A stretch of DNA of 50,127 nt from Nitrospirota bacterium. Its GTDB lineage: Bacteria; Nitrospirota; Thermodesulfovibrionia; JACRGW01; JBFLZU01. Position 1 is the stretch's first letter; each line of letters starts with the position of its first letter. The DNA lies in contig JBFLZU010000070.1 in NCBI GenBank assembly GCA_040756155.1, forward strand, positions 1-50,127, read 5' to 3'. The notes beneath the pieces were generated by a model that saw only the letters and a program-made list of their open reading frames with translations, ran no database searches and was not told the DNA's origin. The translations under genes and the position numbers were made by a program. Below are positions 21,521-30,988 of the stretch, one piece after another.

Positions 21521-22168
21521 ATGCTTAAATTGATGCGTAGGCATATAAAAATATTCGGAATAGTCCTCTGGCTTGTGATAATCTCTTTTATTGTCTGGGG
21601 TGCAGGAACCATTAAGGATCAATCAAAAGAGATTATAGCTATTATAGGGGATTATAAGGTGACGGTTGCAGAATATCAGGAGAGTTACGATCGTATATAC
21701 AATATGTATAAATTACTGTATCCTGACGGTCTTTCAGAGGAACTTGTAAAAACCCTTGATATCAAGAGAAAGGCCCTGGACGATATTATAGAAAGAAGGC
21801 TTCTCCTTGAAGAGGCAAAAAGAAGGGGAATATCTGTCAGTGAGGGCGAGATACTACACTCTATAATGTCATATCCTGCGTTTCAGAAAGATGGGAGGTT
21901 CGATAAGTCAATATATTTCAGAACATTAGAGGTTAATAGACTTACACCTGAGCGGTTTGAAAATATGCAGAGGGAGGACCTCACAATAGAGAAGCTAAAG
22001 AGAATTATCAGGGAGTCAGTAGACTTTCTTCCAATGGGAGATGCAGATAAGGATAGTAAGATTAAGGGTGTTCTGATACTCGAGAAGAAAGAGAAGGCTG
22101 TAATATCTTTTGTCGAAACACTAAAAAAGAGGACAAAGATTAAGATAAACGAGACCTTTTTATCCTGA
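21521..22168 (+). CDS. SurA N-terminal domain / PpiD-like periplasmic chaperone (no PPIase domain seen)
   Basis: N-terminal TM anchor, then ...AEYQESYDRIYNMYK...ALDDIIERRLLLEEAKRRGI..., typical of the SurA_N fold. Confidence 0.5.
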   Translation: MLKLMRRHIKIFGIVLWLVIISFIVWGAGTIKDQSKEIIAIIGDYKVTVAEYQESYDRIYNMYKLLYPDGLSEELVKTLDIKRKALDDIIERRLLLEEAKRRGISVSEGEILHSIMSYPAFQKDGRFDKSIYFRTLEVNRLTPERFENMQREDLTIEKLKRIIRESVDFLPMGDADKDSKIKGVLILEKKEKAVISFVETLKKRTKIKINETFLS

Positions 22169-22178
22169 TACTCTTAAT

Positions 22179-22214
22179 CCTCTCCCCTGAGGGGAGAGGA
22201 AGGGGTGAGGGGGG
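22179..22214. repeat. Family E palindromic element CCTCTCCCC-tga-GGGGAGAGG followed by AAGGGGTGAGGGG
   Basis: Perfect 9-bp stem read directly. A half-copy in the opposite orientation (CCCTCACCCTTTCCCTCTCCC) lies at 25038-25058. Confidence 0.7.
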
Positions 22215-22231
22215 AAGATTGAGAGGGCGAA

Positions 22232-22702
22232 GTGATTAAAAACAGAATGAATGGTGGCATTATTATATTGGGTGTATTACTTCTAATAGTTGCCGCATGT
22301 TCAAAAAAAGTAACATATAAGCCGAGCGAAGAGATGATAAAGACAAGGGTGGCTACTGAGAAGCTTATGGAGCTTAAAGGGTTTTATCAAAATAAGGACA
22401 TACAAGGCATACTTTCAGTTATCTCCCAGCGGTTTAAAGGTCTGGAGGTCTTAAAGGGAAGCATACAAAAAGATTTTTCATACTATGATGATATGGCGCT
22501 TGAGTTTACCAATAAATTAGTAAGAATGGAGAAAGACACCATCATGTTAACAGTTTACTGGGAAGGGAGATGGAGAGAAAAGGTTACAGCCAATGTGTTT
22601 AACGATAAAGGAACTGCTGTGTTTGTGTTTAAAGATGAAGAAAGACTCCTTATTACAAAGATAGAAGGGGATAACCCTATAGGGATAACCGCCAGTAGAT
22701 AG
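22232..22702 (+). CDS. Putative lipoprotein of unknown function
   Basis: Signal peptide with lipobox LIVAAC. The start is either GTG 22232 or ATG 22247. Confidence 0.5.
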   Translation: MIKNRMNGGIIILGVLLLIVAACSKKVTYKPSEEMIKTRVATEKLMELKGFYQNKDIQGILSVISQRFKGLEVLKGSIQKDFSYYDDMALEFTNKLVRMEKDTIMLTVYWEGRWREKVTANVFNDKGTAVFVFKDEERLLITKIEGDNPIGITASR

Positions 22703-22721
22703 ATTCGACAAGCTCACTAGG

Positions 22722-22940
22722 CTATTTACAGGTCGAGCAACTTGTAGCTGTACATCCTCCACATGAGCTTCCTGCCGTATCACCTGCTTTTTCACCCACG
22801 CCTGCCATTCCGAATCTTGACATCTTCTTTGTTACTTCGGTTGAACTGCATACAGGGCATTCAACAGGCTGAGATGTGTTGAATATCAGTTTTTCAAAAT
22901 CTGTTCTGCATTTAGAGCATCTGTATTCATAAATAGGCAT
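22722..22940 (-). CDS. FmdB family zinc-ribbon protein
   Basis: MPIYEYRCSKCRTDFE...CPVC, the CxxC-x-CxxC signature of this family. Confidence 0.75.
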   Translation of the reverse strand: MPIYEYRCSKCRTDFEKLIFNTSQPVECPVCSSTEVTKKMSRFGMAGVGEKAGDTAGSSCGGCTATSCSTCK

Positions 22941-22951
22941 ATTTTATTATA

Positions 22952-23599
22952 CTATTTCCTGGGTACCTTTTTCCAGTCATCCATAAACTTTTTTATCCCT
23001 GTGTCTGTTAATGGATGTTTTATAAGCTGTTCGATAACACTGAAAGGTATCGTTGCTACATCCGCACCCATCAGTGCTGCGTCCACTACATGAAGGGGAT
23101 TTCTTATGCTTGCGACTATTACCTCTGTATCGAAGTCATAATTATCGAAAATGGTTATTATCTGTTCTACAAGATCCATACCTACATGGCTTATATCATC
23201 AAGTCTTCCTACAAAAGGACTTACATAGGTTGCACCTGCCTTTGCTGCAAGTAGTGCCTGACTCGGCGAGAAGACGAGTGTTACATTTGTCTTGACGCCT
23301 TCTGATGAGAGCCTTTTCGTTGCCTTCAGTCCATCTTTTGTCATTGGTATCTTTACTACGATATTCTCATGTATCTTGGAGAGTTCCCTTGCCTCAGATA
23401 CCAGACCATCTACATCCATGCTCACGGCCTCGACACTTATCGGACCATCAACAATTGAACATATCTCATTTATAAGTTCCCTAAAATCTCTGTTCTCTTT
23501 TGAGATGAGTGATGGATTTGTTGTTACACCATCTATAACGCTGATATCCCATGCTTCCCTGATTTCTGCTACATTTGCAGTATCAATGAAGAACTTCAT
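22952..23599 (-). CDS. tal: Short-type transaldolase / fructose-6-phosphate aldolase family protein
   Basis: [16 protein letters not shown] start, VTTNPSL, VKIP (Schiff-base Lys region). 215 aa. Confidence 0.85.
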   Translation of the reverse strand: MKFFIDTANVAEIREAWDISVIDGVTTNPSLISKENRDFRELINEICSIVDGPISVEAVSMDVDGLVSEARELSKIHENIVVKIPMTKDGLKATKRLSSEGVKTNVTLVFSPSQALLAAKAGATYVSPFVGRLDDISHVGMDLVEQIITIFDNYDFDTEVIVASIRNPLHVVDAALMGADVATIPFSVIEQLIKHPLTDTGIKKFMDDWKKVPRK

Positions 23600-23651
23600 A
23601 ATGACTCCCTCCTCTTCTATATTAATATCTACCGTTTACCCCGTTAGAATG

Positions 23652-23671
23652 CCCCGCTGCTTGCAGCGGGG
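23652..23671. repeat. GC-rich hairpin CCCCGCTGC-tt-GCAGCGGGG (palindromic element, family F)
   Basis: Read directly between two minus-strand genes. No U-tract on the transcribed strand, so more likely a repeat element than an intrinsic terminator. Confidence 0.4.
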
Positions 23672-23695
23672 ATGAAAATAATTTTCCTTTTTGAG

Positions 23696-25018
23696 CTAAC
23701 GGGGTTTACTATCCAAAGTATGTATTGCTTTATCCACCATCTGCATTATATGTTTTACTCCTGTCCTTAACCCTGCCTGTCTCAGTGCATCCTCAATGTG
23801 CATTCTGCATCCAGGGCATGAGGTCACCACAACCTCTGCTAATGTGTCATTTATGGATTTTAACTTCCGTTCAGCAATCCTCATTGAGAGGTCATAATGA
23901 TTGAAACTGAAGATTCCACCAAAACCACAGCACCCTTCTGCGTTTCTCATTTCAATAAAATTAACTCCCCATATACCTCTGAGTATCTCCCTCGGCTGTC
24001 TCGATATACCAAGCCCCCAGTTCAGATGACACGGGTCATGGTAGGTGATACGGGTATTGAGTGATGGATGCCCGGTGACGAGTGAAGGAAAAATATCCTT
24101 TTCCACGATGAATTCATTAATATCCTTTATCTTACAGACAAATGCCTCCATTCCTTCGGCATCAGGAAGAAGTTCGGGATATTTCTTTTTTAAAGTCAAG
24201 CCACATGTAGGGCATGCGGTGAGTATAGCTTCTACCTCCAGCTTACGGAGTATTTCAAAATTACTTTCTGCCAGGGTAAGAACTGTTTTATGATCTCCGA
24301 TAGCCCTTATAGGTGCGCCACAACAGAGATCACCTTTAGGAAGGATTACATTAAAACCGAGCCTCTTTAATACATTTATCACCGACATGCCTATATCCTG
24401 ATAAACGAAATTTATACTGCATCCTGCAAAAAAGGCGACACTTTTGCGGTGCTGAGGTTCTGTGGTTCTGCAGTGCTGCAGTGCTGCAGTGCTGCGGTTG
24501 GATAGTTTGTAATATCTTTCCCTGAGGGATTTGCCCTTTATTGCAGGAAATGTCCTTGTTCTGCCTTCTATTGTGTAAGGTAGAAATCCCTTGAAAACAT
24601 TTAATGTAGATAATGGTACATAGACAGACCGTTCAATTATCCCGAGAAATCTCATAAAGTGAGGCAGCGCCCAGCCACTCTTTACAATCTTACCCGATAT
24701 AAAGCGTATAAAGAAATCAATTCCATTCAACTCGGCAATCTCTGCCCTCGCCGCCAAGATTATATCGTCTATTTTTACACTACTTGGGCACGCAGGAATA
24801 CATGAGCCACAAGTGATGCATGTTGATATACGGTTTTTGAATATCTCAGTGAGATCCAGCCTTCGATCAATGACTGCTTCAATAAGACTCATTCTTCCCC
24901 TTGTAACCATGGATTCTTCTAACTCTTCGAGGAATGTCGGACATACTGCCCTGCATGCCCCACATTTAATACATCGGAAGACTTCATCGTGGTATTTATC
25001 TAGAAACTTATAGCCCAT
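23696..25018 (-). CDS. GlcF / HdrD-like (Fe-S)-binding oxidoreductase subunit with two CCG domains
   Basis: Two ferredoxin-type motifs (CIKCGACRAVCP, CITCGSCIPACP) and two CCG motifs (CCGAP, CCGFGG). Confidence 0.75.
   Translation of the reverse strand: MGYKFLDKYHDEVFRCIKCGACRAVCPTFLEELEESMVTRGRMSLIEAVIDRRLDLTEIFKNRISTCITCGSCIPACPSSVKIDDIILAARAEIAELNGIDFFIRFISGKIVKSGWALPHFMRFLGIIERSVYVPLSTLNVFKGFLPYTIEGRTRTFPAIKGKSLRERYYKLSNRSTAALQHCRTTEPQHRKSVAFFAGCSINFVYQDIGMSVINVLKRLGFNVILPKGDLCCGAPIRAIGDHKTVLTLAESNFEILRKLEVEAILTACPTCGLTLKKKYPELLPDAEGMEAFVCKIKDINEFIVEKDIFPSLVTGHPSLNTRITYHDPCHLNWGLGISRQPREILRGIWGVNFIEMRNAEGCCGFGGIFSFNHYDLSMRIAERKLKSINDTLAEVVVTSCPGCRMHIEDALRQAGLRTGVKHIMQMVDKAIHTLDSKPR
24441..24500. 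repeat. Family B octamer array (CTTTTGCG GTGCTGAG GTTCTGTG GTTCTGCA GTGCTGCA GTGCTGCA GTGCTGCG), in-frame in the GlcF-like protein
   Basis: 8-nt phasing read directly. The coding strand translates SNRSTAALQHCRTTEPQHRKS, between the ferredoxin-like and CCG halves. Confidence 0.8.
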
Positions 25019-25120
25019 AACTGAAAACAGACGATTTCCCTCACCCTTTCCCTCTCCCTGATCCGTTTTTGTATTATACCGTTTCCTTCTCGATTAAGCA
25101 ATTTATTGTAATTTAGGGTA

Positions 25121-25148
25121 TTGACAATTCTTGAATAGGTGATAAACT
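25121..25148 (+). promoter_or_regulatory. Sigma-70-type promoter: TTGACA, 16-nt spacer, TGaTAAACT (extended -10)
   Basis: TTGACA at 25121-25126, TG at 25140-25141, TAAACT at 25143-25148. It points at the small ORF at 25188/25197. Confidence 0.5.
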
Positions 25149-25196
25149 TACATTGGGATTCTTGCAGAGATTCTGTAAGAAAGGAGGATGAGTCAT

Positions 25197-25268
25197 ATGG
25201 CATGTGGTATGCCCCATAAAAAAGAAAAAGCGACGAAGACGACAAAGAAGACGACAAAGAAGAAATAG
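25197..25268 (+). CDS. Candidate 23-aa (or 26-aa from 25188) lysine-rich micro-protein MACGMPHKKEKATKTTKKTTKKK
   Basis: Perfect AAGGAGG at 25181-25187, 9 nt before ATG 25197. Promoter upstream and a 26-nt perfect palindrome downstream. Below the ORF-track size cut-off. No family recognised. Confidence 0.4.
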   Translation: MACGMPHKKEKATKTTKKTTKKK

Positions 25269-25294
25269 GGAAAGGATGATTGTTAATGCTGGAT

Positions 25295-25320
25295 GCTGGG
25301 TGCATTGCAATGCACCCAGC
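25295..25320. terminator. Perfect 26-nt palindrome GCTGGGTGCATTG/CAATGCACCCAGC between convergent rpmB and the micro-ORF (likely bidirectional terminator hairpin)
   Basis: Read directly. It starts 2 nt after the rpmB stop. U-tracts are weak on both strands. Confidence 0.5.
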
Positions 25321-25321
25321 A

Positions 25322-25513
25322 TCAGATCACCTTTTTAACCTTTCCTGATCTGAGGCATCTTGTGCATATATATATTCTTCTTACACTACCATTCTTAGAA
25401 ACTCTTACTCTCTGGAGATTGGGATGGAAAAGCCTCTTCGTTTTGTTGTTTGCGTGGCTGACATTATTACCTACCATACGTCTCTTTCCGCATATCTCAC
25501 ATACCCTCGCCAT
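25322..25513 (-). CDS. rpmB: 50S ribosomal protein L28
   Basis: [34 protein letters not shown] is the canonical bL28 sequence pattern. Confidence 0.95.
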   Translation of the reverse strand: MARVCEICGKRRMVGNNVSHANNKTKRLFHPNLQRVRVSKNGSVRRIYICTRCLRSGKVKKVI

Positions 25514-25604
25514 TAGAATACCCCCTGATTAATTTTATTTGTTTGCTTTTAAAACATCCGTTATGTTATCATAATTTACAAAAATTGACAATTGGTTTTT
25601 AAAG

Positions 25605-28007
25605 ATGGCAAATATAAGGGTTCATGAACTTTCAAAGAAACTTGGTGTTCCTAATAAAAAGATAATTGAGGAATTAGAGAAACTCGATATAAGAGGAAAA
25701 ACGCATTCAAGCAATATCGATGAGGCAATCTCTAAAAAGATAGAGCAGTTATTAAAGATACCTCGCAAATCCACGCCCCCCGCTAAACCTGTCGCTAAAG
25801 AGCAGATTAAAAAGGTTGTAAAAACGGTAAAGGCAGAAAAAGAAAAAGTAAAGGTAAAAGAGAAAAAGCCTACAGTCAAGATACGAAAACCTCGCCCGAC
25901 TCCTTCACCTCCTGTTGAAGAAGTGGCACCCCCACCCGTAGCTGAGATACCTCCTGTTTCGGTAGAATCTCCTCCTTTACCTGCAGATAAGGCAAAAGAA
26001 GAATTAGTAGAAGAAATTAAAATTGTTGAAGAAGAAGAGGTAAAGATACCTGATAGATTTAAAGATAAACTCTTTGAACCGAAAGGTAAGGAGATACCTC
26101 CTCGTCAGCATCGTCCCTTTAAAGAGATTAAAAGAAAATGGCTTGAGATAAAAGCCATTCCAAAGAAATTCGAAAAACCAAAGCATATATTCAAGAAATC
26201 TGAACTAAAAAAGGCAGATGTAAAAGTAATTCCACTCCCAACTCTTCCAAGGAAGAAGGTCGTCAAGCTAACAGAAGGTATGACTGCTAAAGATTTTGCG
26301 GAAGCCATCGGGCAAAAGGTAGGCGAAGTTATAAAGAAGTTTATGGAACTTGGATTCCTTGCTACCATCAATCAACCTATCGACATGGATGCCTCTATAC
26401 TTGTTGCAGATAGTTTTGGCATAAAGGCAGAAGTTGCACCTATTGAATCCGATGAGTCTATATTAGAAGAGGTAGCGGATGAACCAGTAGCCCTTCAGCC
26501 AAGAGCACCTGTGGTAACCATTATGGGTCATGTAGATCATGGCAAGACCTCACTCCTCGATGCGATCCGCGAGACCAAACTTGCTGAAACAGAGGCAGGT
26601 GGCATAACACAGCACATCGGTGCTTACAAAGTAACACTTAAGGGAAAGGATATTGTATTTCTGGATACCCCAGGACATGAGGCATTTACATCTATGAGGG
26701 CAAGGGGTGCAAAGGTTACCGATGTTGTTGTGCTTGTGGTGGCTGCTGATGACGGTGTTATGCCCCAGACAAAAGAGGCTATAAATCATGCAATGGCTGC
26801 CAATGTTCCAATAGTGGTTGCTATAAATAAAATAGATAAAGGGGAGGCTAATCCTCTGAGGGTAAAACAGGAACTTAGCGAACTCGGTCTGATACCGGAA
26901 AAGTGGGGAGGACAGACTATAGTTGTCGAAGTTTCTGCAAAAAAAAGGATAGGTATAGAAAATCTCCTCGAAATGATACTTCTTCAGGCAGAGATGCTTG
27001 AACTGAAGGCAAATCCTGATAAGCGTGGTCGTGGAACGGTTATAGAGGCAAAACTCGATAGAGGAAGGGGGCCTGTAGCAACAGTTCTTGTTCAGGCTGG
27101 AACATTAAAGGTTGGTGAGGCATTTATTACAGGAAGTATATCCGGGAAGGTAAGGGCGCTGATGAATGATAAAGGCATGAAGATTGACGAGGCAGTACCT
27201 TCGACCCCTGTAGAGGTTCTCGGATTGCCTGATGTCCCGCAGGCAGGTGATTCATTTATTGTTGTTGAAGATGAGAGAAAAGCAAGAAACATTGCCCTTT
27301 TGAGAGAACAAAGACAGAAGAGCGAAGCGATTTCAAAAGTCAGGAAACTTACACTCGATGACCTGTATGCGAAGATAAAAGAAGGGGCGGTGAAAGAACT
27401 CCCACTTATTGTGAAGGCAGATGTTCAGGGTTCTGTAGAGGCGGTTAGAGATGCACTTGAGCGTCTTGGCACAGATGCAGTTAAGGTAAAAATGATACAT
27501 GGTTCTGTAGGGGGTATTACAGAGACTGATGTGATGCTTGCCTCAGCATCAAACGCTATAATCATAGGTTTTAATATAAGACCTGAACCAAAGGCAAGTT
27601 CACTCGCGGAGAAAGAGGGTGTTGATATAAGGTTATACAATGTTATATATGATGCTATATCAGATGTAAGGGCTGCCATGGAAGGACTCCTTGAACCTAC
27701 ATTCAAAGAAAAGGTCGTAGGGAGGGCAGAAGTCAGACAGACATTTAACATATCGAAAGTAGGGACAGTCGCTGGATGTTATGCTGTAGATGGTCTTATA
27801 TCAAGGAGTAATACCTCTGTCAGGGTTATCAGAGATAGCGTAGTAATATATGAGGGTAAGATTGCCTCACTCAGGCGATTCAAGGAAGATGTAAAAGAGG
27901 TTCAGTCAGGATACGAATGTGGCATACTGGTTGAGAATTTTAATGATATAAAGATAGGAGATATACTTGAGGTCTTTACGACCGAAAAGGTAGCAGCCAA
28001 ACTTTAA
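25605..28007 (+). CDS. infB: Translation initiation factor IF-2
   Basis: IF2_N start [14 protein letters not shown], a K/P/E-rich spacer, and G-domain motifs [24 protein letters not shown]. Confidence 0.95.
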   Translation: MANIRVHELSKKLGVPNKKIIEELEKLDIRGKTHSSNIDEAISKKIEQLLKIPRKSTPPAKPVAKEQIKKVVKTVKAEKEKVKVKEKKPTVKIRKPRPTPSPPVEEVAPPPVAEIPPVSVESPPLPADKAKEELVEEIKIVEEEEVKIPDRFKDKLFEPKGKEIPPRQHRPFKEIKRKWLEIKAIPKKFEKPKHIFKKSELKKADVKVIPLPTLPRKKVVKLTEGMTAKDFAEAIGQKVGEVIKKFMELGFLATINQPIDMDASILVADSFGIKAEVAPIESDESILEEVADEPVALQPRAPVVTIMGHVDHGKTSLLDAIRETKLAETEAGGITQHIGAYKVTLKGKDIVFLDTPGHEAFTSMRARGAKVTDVVVLVVAADDGVMPQTKEAINHAMAANVPIVVAINKIDKGEANPLRVKQELSELGLIPEKWGGQTIVVEVSAKKRIGIENLLEMILLQAEMLELKANPDKRGRGTVIEAKLDRGRGPVATVLVQAGTLKVGEAFITGSISGKVRALMNDKGMKIDEAVPSTPVEVLGLPDVPQAGDSFIVVEDERKARNIALLREQRQKSEAISKVRKLTLDDLYAKIKEGAVKELPLIVKADVQGSVEAVRDALERLGTDAVKVKMIHGSVGGITETDVMLASASNAIIIGFNIRPEPKASSLAEKEGVDIRLYNVIYDAISDVRAAMEGLLEPTFKEKVVGRAEVRQTFNISKVGTVAGCYAVDGLISRSNTSVRVIRDSVVIYEGKIASLRRFKEDVKEVQSGYECGILVENFNDIKIGDILEVFTTEKVAAKL

Positions 28008-28034
28008 ATAACCTAAATTGAGCGGTTCTTTTAA

Positions 28035-28140
28035 GACTGTCATTGCGAGGAAGAGATTCCTCGTGGAGTTTATCCTGAGCAGAAAAGCGAGATTCTTCGC
28101 TCCGCTCAGAATGACATGCGAAGGACTCGGGATGACAGTT
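28035..28140. repeat. Family D MITE-like palindromic element with terminal inverted repeats ACTGTCAT...ATGACAGT and internal GTCATTGCGAGG / CTGAGC...GCTCAGAATGAC modules
   Basis: Read directly in the infB-DUF503 gap. Shares GTCATTGCGAGG with 29822-29833. Confidence 0.75.
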
Positions 28141-28151
28141 TTGAAGGGTTT

Positions 28152-28433
28152 ATGTTCGTTGGCATCCTCACAATAGATATCCATATTCCTGAAAACGACT
28201 CCCTTAAGTGGAAGAGGCATGTCTTACAAAGTATAAAGGACAGAGTAAGAAACAACTTCAATGTATCTATATCTGAGGTTGATAATAGTAACCTCTGGCA
28301 GCGAACTACTATAGGGGTTGCTGTAATCAGCAACGATAGGACTCATATCAACCAGACTCTGCAAGGAGTTATCTCAACAATAGACAGAATACCATCAATA
28401 GAGATAATAGACTACCGCATAGAGATGATGTAA
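28152..28433 (+). CDS. DUF503 (YlxP-like) protein
   Basis: MFVGILTIDIHIPENDSLKWKR... matches the DUF503 pattern, and the position between infB and rbfA is conserved. The ORF-track start at 28116 lies inside the repeat element. Confidence 0.75.
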   Translation: MFVGILTIDIHIPENDSLKWKRHVLQSIKDRVRNNFNVSISEVDNSNLWQRTTIGVAVISNDRTHINQTLQGVISTIDRIPSIEIIDYRIEMM

Positions 28434-28461
28434 GTTCTTAAAATTTTTTGGTTTGATTACT

Positions 28462-28815
28462 ATGTTTCATTCATATAAGCGATCTGAGAGGGTTGGTGAC
28501 CTCATACGCCGTGAGATAGCAGACATCATCATGCATAAGACTAAGGATCCGAGGATAGGTTTTATTACGGTTACTGGGGTTGACCTCAGCAATGACCTGA
28601 GACATGCAAAGGTATATATCAGTGTGTACGAGAGAGAGACTGAGGGTACAGAGGAAAATACGCTACAGGCTTTAAAGAACGCTACAGGATTCATAAGAGG
28701 TGAACTCTCTAAGAGGATCAGGCTGCGATTTATGCCTGAGATAGTATTTAAACTTGATAAATCAGCGGAATATGGTGAGAAGATTGAGCGTTTATTGAGG
28801 GGACAGAATGAATAA
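28462..28815 (+). CDS. rbfA: Ribosome-binding factor A
   Basis: ...RSERVGDLIRREIADII...DPRIGFITVTGVDLSNDLRHAKVYISV. The ATG at 28462 is preferred over the TTG at 28453. Confidence 0.9.
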   Translation: MFHSYKRSERVGDLIRREIADIIMHKTKDPRIGFITVTGVDLSNDLRHAKVYISVYERETEGTEENTLQALKNATGFIRGELSKRIRLRFMPEIVFKLDKSAEYGEKIERLLRGQNE

Positions 28816-29776
28816 AATAATAGAGATTATCAACAGAAATTCTACTTTTCTCATAACTACCCATATAAATCCAGAGGGAGATGCAATTGGTTCAGAGCTT
28901 GCACTATTTCTTATTCTTAAGAAATTGGGTAAGAAGGCTATGATATTAAACAGTGACACTGTTCCTCTTATATACCGCTTTCTTCCCCATTCTGAGGCAA
29001 TTGTTGTATCAAACCCTGAACTTGTTTCAGGGCTATCCGGCGACTACGATGTCCTCTTTATTGTTGATTGCGGAGACCTCGAAAGAACAGGGTTAAGGAT
29101 TGAAGGGATAAGGGGTAAGATTGCGGTGATTGACCATCATATAACGAGCAAGCCATTTGGAGACCATTCGTGGATCGAACCCTCAGCATCTTCAACAGGC
29201 GAGATGATATATGAGCTTGCTGTCTCACTCGGGGTTAATATTGATACCGATATAGCTATAAACCTTTATACATGTATACTTACAGATACAGGGTCATTCA
29301 GATATTCAAGCACAACACCAAAGGCACTAAAGATTGCAGGTTTACTTCTGGAGAAGGGCATAGATCCATGGAGAGTTACAGAAGAGGTCTATGAGTCCCA
29401 ATCTCTTAACAGAATAAGATTACTTGGTATGGTTCTCTCAAAGATAGAAATCAGTGACGATGGGAAGATTGCATGGATTGTTGTTACACAGGATATGTAC
29501 AGAGATACCGCAACAACAGCTGAGGATACAGAAAATTTTGCGAATTATCCTCGTGCTATCAGAGATGTAGATGTATCAATATTTTTCAGAGAACTTGAGA
29601 ATGGTAGGTTTAAGATAAGTTTCAGGTCAAAGGGTCATATAGATGTCTCTGCAGTTGCACAGATCTTTGGTGGAGGTGGACACCACAACGCTGCTGGATG
29701 TGTTATTGAAGCAGGACTTGATGATGCGAAGAGAATGGTGATAAGTGCAGTAGAGAATATTATTAGGTCTGTTTAA
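28808..29776 (+). CDS. nrnA: DHH/DHHA1 phosphoesterase (NrnA-like oligoribonuclease / pAp phosphatase)
   Basis: DHH motif (VIDHHIT), DHHA1 GGGH motif (FGGGGHHNAAG). 322 aa. Confidence 0.8.
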   Translation: MNKIIEIINRNSTFLITTHINPEGDAIGSELALFLILKKLGKKAMILNSDTVPLIYRFLPHSEAIVVSNPELVSGLSGDYDVLFIVDCGDLERTGLRIEGIRGKIAVIDHHITSKPFGDHSWIEPSASSTGEMIYELAVSLGVNIDTDIAINLYTCILTDTGSFRYSSTTPKALKIAGLLLEKGIDPWRVTEEVYESQSLNRIRLLGMVLSKIEISDDGKIAWIVVTQDMYRDTATTAEDTENFANYPRAIRDVDVSIFFRELENGRFKISFRSKGHIDVSAVAQIFGGGGHHNAAGCVIEAGLDDAKRMVISAVENIIRSV

Positions 29777-29780
29777 TGAC

Positions 29781-29854
29781 GAGATTGCTTCGCCTTCTGC
29801 TCGCAATGACAATCCTTCTCAGTCATTGCGAGGCACGGAGTGCCGAAGCAATCT
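29781..29854. repeat. Family D palindromic element: GAGATTGCTTCG..CTCGCAATGAC ... GTCATTGCGAG..CGAAGCAATCT
   Basis: Nested inverted repeats read directly. Fills the nrnA-truB gap. Confidence 0.8.
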
Positions 29855-29872
29855 AAAAGTATTGAAATCCAA

Positions 29873-30580
29873 ATGGATGTGGTCATAAACATAAACAAAC
29901 CTGAAGGGATTACCTCACAGGGTGTGGTAAACAGGGTAAAGAGGATGCTATGTATAAAAAAGGCAGGACATACAGGAACCCTCGACCCTTTTGCTACAGG
30001 GGTGCTACCAGTATGCACAGGGAAAGCCACAAAGCTCTTTAGTAGACTGATAAACTCAGACAAGGAATACATCGCAGCCATCAAGATAGGCGAATCTACT
30101 GATACCGAAGATTCGTCAGGGACAATTATACAAGCCGTCAATACCAGTCATATAACAGAGGGTATGGTTATGGATGCCCTACAGAGATTTAAAGGTAGCA
30201 TATCACAGATTCCACCAATGTATTCTGCACTAAAATTAAATGGAACTCCTTTATATAAATTAGCGCGTAGAGGTATAATTGTAGAAAGGAAGGCAAGGAT
30301 AATCACTATACATCATATAGAAATACTCGGTATCGCTCTTCCTTTTATTACACTGCATATCCACTGCTCTGCAGGGACATATATCCGAACACTTGCTTAT
30401 GATATAGGTAGCGTTCTCGGTGTGGGAGGGCATCTGGTTTCCTTGAGTCGAATCAGGGCAGGGCAGTTCAGGATAGAAGACTCTATCAGACTGGATGAAC
30501 TTGCATCATACACAAAAGAAGGAAGGACACCGAAGGGTATGTATTCTCTTGAACAGGTACTTTTAACAATGAGCAATTAA
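29873..30580 (+). CDS. truB: tRNA pseudouridine(55) synthase TruB
   Basis: KPEGITSQ...GHTGTLDPFATGVLPV (catalytic Asp). The ATG at 29873 is preferred because 29840-29854 is repeat sequence. Confidence 0.9.
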   Translation: MDVVININKPEGITSQGVVNRVKRMLCIKKAGHTGTLDPFATGVLPVCTGKATKLFSRLINSDKEYIAAIKIGESTDTEDSSGTIIQAVNTSHITEGMVMDALQRFKGSISQIPPMYSALKLNGTPLYKLARRGIIVERKARIITIHHIEILGIALPFITLHIHCSAGTYIRTLAYDIGSVLGVGGHLVSLSRIRAGQFRIEDSIRLDELASYTKEGRTPKGMYSLEQVLLTMSN

Positions 30581-30669
30581 TAATTGCGTAATTTGAGATA
30601 ATATACTTTACAGGTCGCTGTGTCTTATGTTAAGGTATACAATAAAATTTCAGGGAAGGTGGTGAATAA

Positions 30670-30939
30670 ATGCCCCTACAGAAGGAAAAGAAAAGAGACC
30701 TTATCGCTAAATACAGACTTCATGATACGGATACCGGGTCTCCAGAGGTGCAGATAGCCTTGCTCAGTGAGAGGATCAATTATCTTATGGAACATTTCAA
30801 ATTCCACAAAAAGGATTCTCATTCAAGAAGAGGGCTTCTCATGATAGTCGGACAGCGGAGGCGTTTATTAGATTATCTCAAAGATAACGATGCAGAACGC
30901 TATAAAAGGTTGATAGCACGCCTTGGTATCAGGAAATAA
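30670..30939 (+). CDS. rpsO: 30S ribosomal protein S15
   Basis: ...[40 protein letters not shown].... Confidence 0.95.
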   Translation: MPLQKEKKRDLIAKYRLHDTDTGSPEVQIALLSERINYLMEHFKFHKKDSHSRRGLLMIVGQRRRLLDYLKDNDAERYKRLIARLGIRK

Positions 30940-30988
30940 GGTAAAGGAAATTTTCAATATATTGAAAACTGATGGACAGGATCTTATA

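Noticed and set aside
23652-23671. GC-rich hairpin downstream of the GlcF-like gene as an intrinsic terminator
   Set aside because: There is no U-tract on the transcribed (minus) strand. The flanking sequence looks like another palindromic repeat type, so it is listed only as a repeat with low confidence.
25113-25532. Two ORFs on opposite strands (25113-25322 minus, 25293-25532 plus) that both start [10 protein letters not shown]
   Set aside because: The identical N-termini are an artefact of reading the perfect palindrome at 25295-25320 in both directions. The plus-strand ORF is antisense to rpmB, and the minus-strand one is Ser/Leu low-complexity.
25740-26230. K/P/E-rich low-complexity stretch in IF-2 as another inserted repeat element
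   Set aside because: A charged, proline-rich spacer after the IF2_N domain is a normal feature of bacterial IF-2. There is no 7- or 8-nt nucleotide periodicity or inverted-repeat structure.
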